Assembly (NCBI RefSeq): GCF_006345805.1
Contig: NW_021826352.1
Coordinates: 1 to 12,886 of the forward strand
Length of the DNA: 12,886 nucleotides
Reading direction: 5' to 3'
From: Octopus sinensis
Lineage: Eukaryota
Shown here: in pieces, positions 7,814-12,886 of the stretch
How positions within the stretch are numbered: the stretch's first letter is position 1
Layout of the letters: every line of letters starts with the position of its first letter
Made by a program: the position numbers and the translations under genes
The notes under the pieces: model-generated
The model's database searches: none
Told to the model about the DNA's origin: nothing
Seen by the model: the letters and a program-made list of their open reading frames with translations, nothing else

Positions 7814-8000
7814 CATATTTTATTGTGTCTGGGGTGGGTCATTCTCTTTTAGTGCCTTATTACTTAACACACTCACTGGTTTGATTTCCACTCATTTACT
7901 TATTTTTTCCTAAAATTTTCGTTACATCTTGCAACCTTTACATTGTGTTAAATAATAAGGCACTAAAAGAGAATGACTCTACCCAGATGCAATAAAATGT
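7814..8000. repeat. Fold-back element with ~56 bp diverged inverted arms and a truncated hammerhead-like motif in the spacer
   Basis: Arms 7814-7871 and 7944-8000 (GTCATTCTCTTTTAGTGCCTTATTA / TAATAAGGCACTAAAAGAGAATGAC). The minus strand of 7909-7939 reads AAAG-GTTGCA-aga-TGTAAC-GAAA-ATTTTA-GG. Confidence 0.75.
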
Positions 8001-8172
8001 ATATGTATATATGTATGTATGTATGTATGTATATATATATGTGAGTGTGTATGTATGTATATATGTGTATGTATGTATGTATGTATGTATGTATGTATGT
8101 ATGTATGTATGTGTGTATGTGTGTGTGTGTATGTATGTATGTATTTATGTGTGTATGTATGTATGCATGCAT
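8000..8172. repeat. (TATG)n/(TG)n microsatellite
   Basis: Direct reading. Confidence 0.95.
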
Positions 8173-8361
8173 GAATAGTTCCAAGCTATATCTGATTGAT
8201 GATACCCTGGGAAACATCATCAGCGATGTTTCTTGGCTGTCATGCAGTTTCTGGTCTTTCAACACCAGACCTTCCACATCAAAAGGTTGTCCCAACTGGA
8301 TTTCCTCAAGTCCCAGCTCGCATCCTAGGTGGCAGTAGCCCACAGAAATGTCCTCTTCATG

Positions 8362-8380
8362 CAACGCCACCTAGTGGCCA
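8362..8380 (-). promoter_or_regulatory. Candidate CTCF binding motif
   Basis: Minus strand TGGCCACTAGGTGGCGTTG against the bilaterian CTCF consensus TGGCCASYAGRKGGCRSYR. Confidence 0.45.
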
Positions 8381-8480
8381 TCTTTACAGATACCACTTTA
8401 CTCTATACCTAATCAGAGCTTTACCAATCGAACTTACCATGTCACTCTGGCAGCTTTCATTTCCACACTGCTCCGTACAT

Positions 8481-8887
8481 ACTCTTTACTCTTTTACTCT
8501 TTTACTTGTTTCAGTCATTTGACTGCAGCCATGCTGGAGCACCGCCTTTAATCAAGCAACTCGACCCCGGGACTTATTCTTTTGTAAGCCCAGTACTTAT
8601 TCTATTGGTCACTTTTGCCGAACTGCTAAGTGAAGGGGACGTAAACACACCAGCATCGGTTGTCAAGCAATGCTAGGGGGACAAACACAGACACACAAAA
8701 CACATACACACACACACATATATACATATATACGACAGGCTTCTTTCAGTTTCCGTCTACCAAATCCACTCACAAGGCTTTGGTCGGCCTGAGGCTATAG
8801 AAGACACTTGCCCTAGGTGCCATGCAGTGGGACTGAACACGGAACCATGTGGTTGGTAAACAAGCAACTTACCACACAGCCACTCCT
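8481..8887 (-). mobile_element. tRNA-derived SINE, family A, essentially full length
   Basis: On the minus strand: head AGGAGTGGCTGTGTGG, B-box-like GTTCAGTCCC, an internal TA/TG tract, a 3' body, and a (GAGTAAAA)n tail. Confidence 0.93.
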
Positions 8888-8935
8888 ATCACCACTACAA
8901 CCACCATCATCTACCTTTTAGCACGTTTTTATATT

Positions 8936-9160
8936 GTCATCGCCATTGTCGTTTAACATCCATTTTTCTCCTCTTGCACAGGTCGGGTAGAATTGGTTGA
9001 GGCACATTCTCTGCAGCTGGATGCTCTTTCCATCACAAACCCTTACTTGCTTCCAAGCAAGGGGAATATTCCGCTATCCCCTCCCCACCGCCCCATCCTC
9101 GCTGGACCTGTTTTGTTATGGAAGACTGGAAATGAAAACCACCGCATACACGAAGACAAG
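8936..9160 (-). mobile_element. Old short retroelement sharing the RTE-type 3' end
   Basis: CAGCTGGATGCTCTTTCCATCACAAACC resembles CAGCTGGATGCCCTTCCTAACGCCAACC (3478-3505). GTCGTTTAACATCC resembles the RTE terminus. Confidence 0.55.
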
Positions 9161-9312
9161 GCTGCACATACACACTTAAGCACACACACACATATACACA
9201 TAAAGGACATCCATGCATGCATATCTATGTATGTATGTATTCATGTATGTATGTATGTATGTATGTATATGTATTTGTTTATGTGTGTGTGTCTGTGTGT
9301 GGAGAGAGCGAG

Positions 9313-9333
9313 ACAGATAAGTAGAAAGATGAA

Positions 9334-9368
<35 letters not shown>

Positions 9369-9369
9369 G

Positions 9370-9421
<52 letters not shown>

Positions 9422-9438
9422 CAGATAGACAGATAGAC

Positions 9439-9481
<43 letters not shown>

Positions 9482-9630
9482 CAGATAGACAGATAGACAG
9501 ATAGATAGATAGATAGATAGATAGACAGATAGATAGATAGACAGATAGACAGATAGACAGATAGACAGATAGATAGATAGATAGATAGATAGACAGATAG
9601 ACAGATAGACAGATAGATAGACAGATAGAC

Positions 9631-9703
<73 letters not shown>

Positions 9704-9754
9704 GATAGAGAGAGAGACAGATAGATAGACAGATAGACAGATAGACAGATAGAC

Positions 9755-9851
<97 letters not shown>

Positions 9852-9879
9852 GATAGAGAGAGAGACAGATAGATAGATA
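9313..9879. repeat. (GATA)n/(GACA)n array, ~570 bp
   Basis: Direct reading. This array generates the YLSI-repeat ORFs. Confidence 0.97.
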
Positions 9880-10061
9880 CACATGCAGACAGACAGTGCG
9901 TAATGAAGCTTGGATGCAACCACCAAACATGCTAAAAATGATAAACACATCTCCCTCAAGACACAGCCGGGTGTCTTCATGAAGGAAGGACTGACCTGAA
10001 GTTAAACGATAACAGCAAGGACTCTCTGGATAATGTAGTCCCAGGTACACAATGCCTGGAT

Positions 10062-10135
10062 AAAAGACAGGATGGTCAGAATTGGAGCATCTTTGATCAT
10101 AGGTCTGCTAGATCTGGACAGAACTGGGGTTGAAC
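10062..10135 (-). repeat. Unclassified interspersed repeat D, copy 1
   Basis: The reverse complement (CCCCAG...AGCAGACCTATGATCAAAGATGCTCCAATTCTGACCATCCTGTC) resembles 11421-11490. Confidence 0.6.
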
Positions 10136-10182
10136 GAGAACATCTTGATCCCACATTATATCTCACCTGGACAGATCAAACT

Positions 10183-10396
10183 ACCACACAACACAACCAC
10201 CACCACCACTACCACCACCACCACCACAACAACAATAACAACAACAACACAAACCACTACAACTGCCACCAATACCACCATCACTCAACATCATCATCAT
10301 CATCATCAGCATCACTACCACAACCACCACTATCACCACTACCACCACAACCACCACCACCACCACCACCACTAATACCACCACCACCACCACCAT
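10183..10396. repeat. (CAC)n/(CAA)n/(CAT)n trinucleotide array
   Basis: Direct reading. Confidence 0.95.
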
Positions 10397-10473
10397 CGCC
10401 TCTCACCCTCGCCCCCTCCCCCACCTCTCCCTTCTCCTTGCTGTGCGTCTCAGAATTTGTCGTGCTGGCCCGG

Positions 10474-10493
10474 TGACGTCATAAGTGACGTCA
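10474..10493. promoter_or_regulatory. Tandem pair of perfect CRE palindromes (TGACGTCA x2)
   Basis: GTGACGTCAT-AA-GTGACGTCAT, with sites at 10474-10481 and 10486-10493. Confidence 0.4.
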
Positions 10494-10559
10494 TCTCACC
10501 ACCAGGGTTTCAGCAGGTCATGGATGTGTGTGCAGGGAGGCGTGTATGCGTTTGTTAAG

Positions 10560-11285
10560 AAGCAGTATGTGTATGTGTGTGCACGTGTGTGTGTATGAGC
10601 ATGTGTGTCATATAATGTTATGTGTGTGCGTGTCTGTATGTGTGACTCTTGTGTTTTATAGTATTACGTTTGTGTGTATGTGTGTGTGTTGTATTTGTAG
10701 TGTGTGTGTGTGTGTTGTATTTTCAGTGTGTGTGTGTGTTGTATTTTTAGTGTGTGTATGTGTGTGTTGTATTTTTAGTGTGTGTGTGTGTGTTGTATTT
10801 TTAGTGTGTGTATGTGTGTGTTGTATTTTCAGTGTGTGTGTGTTGTATTTTTAGTGTGTTGTGTGGTGTTGTTGTATTTGTAGTGTGTGTGTGTGTGTTG
10901 TATTTGTAGTGTGTGTGTGTGTGTGTTGTATTTTCAATGTGTGTGTGTTGTATTTTTAGTGTGTGTATATGTGTGTGTTGTACTTTTTGTGTGTGTGTGT
11001 GTGAATATGTGCACGTAGTGATGTGTGTGTGTATAGTGTGCATGTTAATGTATATGTCTGTATAAATGTATGTGTTGTAATGTAGTGATTGATGTGTGTG
11101 TGATCTGATGTGTGTATGTGTGTGTGTGTGATTTAATGTGTTTATGTATGTATATGTGTGCGTGTGTAATTTATTGTGTATATATGTGTATTTGTGTATC
11201 ATTTAATGTATGTGCGCGCGATTTACTGTGTGTGTGTGTGTGTGTGTGTATGTGAGTGTATATGTGATTTAATGCATGTGTATGC
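10560..11285. repeat. GT-rich array with minisatellite unit (GT)n-TGTATTTKYA
   Basis: The unit TTGTATTT(T/G)(T/C)A(GT)n recurs every ~20-30 bp across 10689-11000, and later units use GATTTAATG. Confidence 0.92.
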
Positions 11286-11420
11286 GCAAAAGTCTGTGTA
11301 TTCACAGTAAGTGGGCGTTGGCGTTAGAGGGGGGTGAGGTATTTGTGACGATGCATGGACTGTCACGTGACTAGAATACTAGAATTTGTGGTGGTGGTGG
11401 TGGTGGCAGTGTAATTGTTG

Positions 11421-11490
11421 CTTAGCCCCAGGTCAAACCCCGGTCAAGCAGACTATGACGAAAGAGATTCCAACCATAGCCATCCTGACA
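11421..11490 (+). repeat. Unclassified interspersed repeat D, copy 2
   Basis: AGCCCCAGGTCAAACCCCGGTCAAGCAGACTATGACGAAAGAGATTCCAACCATAGCCATCCTGAC is an inverted homologue of 10062-10135. Confidence 0.6.
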
Positions 11491-11557
11491 TTTTTTCCTA
11501 TGAAAAGCTCTCACAACACCATGTATAACCTTGTGTATCCTTTATTCACACACTAAG

Positions 11558-11715
11558 AAGGAGATTTGGTTGCTATTTTTAGCAGGTCTAGTTAACATGT
11601 AGGAGTCTCTTTTTGGTTCATAAATACATATATACAAGCATCAGACAGCAGGGTGTGATTTCAGGAAGATTTGGGTACTATTTCAGATGGGGGGAACTAT
11701 CATACAGGAGTCTCC
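11558..11715 (+). repeat. Two diverged copies of short repeat E (AGATTTGG..CTATTT..GGAGTCTC)
   Basis: Copies at 11558-11610 and 11664-11715, with related copies at 12757-12820 and 12860-12886. Confidence 0.55.
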
Positions 11716-11728
11716 ACAATTTGCCTCA

Positions 11729-11730
<2 letters not shown>

Positions 11731-11766
<36 letters not shown>

Positions 11767-11953
11767 TACAATATACATACTATATAATATATGTATATAT
11801 ATATATATAATATATGTATATACATATATATATATATTATTATATATATATATATTATATATATGTAATATATATATATATATAGTACATCTACATACAT
11901 ACATAACATATATATATACATACATATATATATACATACATATACATATATGT

Positions 11954-11995
<42 letters not shown>

Positions 11996-12742
11996 TTACA
12001 TATAAATATAGATTCATACATATATGTATGTACATATATGTGTGTGTGAGTATCTTCTATATATATATATCTATATAAATAGATAGATAGATAGGTGCAT
12101 ATACACACATACATACACATACATACATACCCACATACATACATATATAGACACAGACACACATACAGATACATACATACCTACATACACACATACACAC
12201 ACACACATGCAAATACATACATACATTCATATGTACATACATATATACATATACACATTAAGATACATACACACAAATACATACATACACACATAAATAG
12301 ATACATACATACACACACACATACATACACAGATACATATATACGAACACACATACATATATACATACATACACTCATACATACATACGTAAATACATAC
12401 ATACACACATACACACACACATACATACATACCAACATATATACATACATACATACATACATACATACACACATATCTACATACATACATACATGCACAA
12501 ATACATACATACATACACACATACATACACACACACATACATACACACATATCTACATACATACATACACACATGCATACACACATACATACATACATAC
12601 ACACATACACACACACATACACACATGCATACATACACACATACACACATACATACATACACACATGCATACATACACACATACACACATACACACATAC
12701 ACACACACACATACACACACATACGCACATAGATACATACAT
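11731..12742. repeat. ~1 kb (TA)n grading into (CATA)n/(CA)n compound microsatellite
   Basis: Direct reading. Source of the YI/HT/MYVC-repeat ORFs. Confidence 0.97.
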
Positions 12743-12886
12743 AAGAGTCTGATCTGAAATAGATTTAGCTACTGTATATCCAGGTCTAGCTACTACGCAG
12801 AGCGGTCACCCTCATTGGTTCATACGTATATACATACGTAACGCAGTAGAACATGATTTGAGGAAGATTTGGCACCTATTTCTGGT

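Noticed and set aside
7963-8370. 135-aa minus-strand ORF with a protein-like N-terminal half
   Set aside because: No recognisable motif, and the C-terminal half is (CATA)n. An exon cannot be excluded but is unsupported.
9176-10050. Long ORFs of 233-269 aa with YLSI repeats
   Set aside because: Translation of the (TATC)n array, which has no stops on that strand. No domain content.
10072-10476. 134-aa ORF with poly-H/N/S/P tracts resembling a transcription-factor low-complexity region
   Set aside because: It starts inside repeat D and runs through a trinucleotide array that is open in several frames. No recognisable domain.
11613-12757. Many overlapping ORFs rich in YI, HT and MYVC
   Set aside because: Microsatellite read-through in multiple frames.

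Overview
This is repeat-dense, AT-rich, non-coding eukaryotic DNA. The SINE/LINE families and very long microsatellites look like octopus or another cephalopod; that is inferred from recognising the repeats, not from a search. No intact protein-coding gene is supported, and nearly all ORFs in the track are microsatellite read-throughs. Recognisable content: five loci of one tRNA-derived SINE (one is a tail-to-tail inverted pair), two loci of a second tRNA-derived SINE (one with a tandemly duplicated body), a 5'-truncated RTE-clade LINE plus related fragments, an internally deleted mariner, a hAT-type MITE, and large (TA)n, (GATA)n, (CATA)n, (CAC)n and GT-rich arrays. The most interesting signal lies in the AT-rich islands between (TA)n tracts, which repeatedly carry minimal type I hammerhead ribozyme motifs of the Penelope-like-element kind. 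Two have complete catalytic cores (458-502 on +, 6895-6940 on -), and about five more are degenerate or half motifs. Several sit in fold-back structures whose junctions fall at or inside the ribozyme. Candidate regulatory sites are a near-consensus CTCF motif (8362-8380) and a tandem pair of perfect CRE palindromes (10474-10493).
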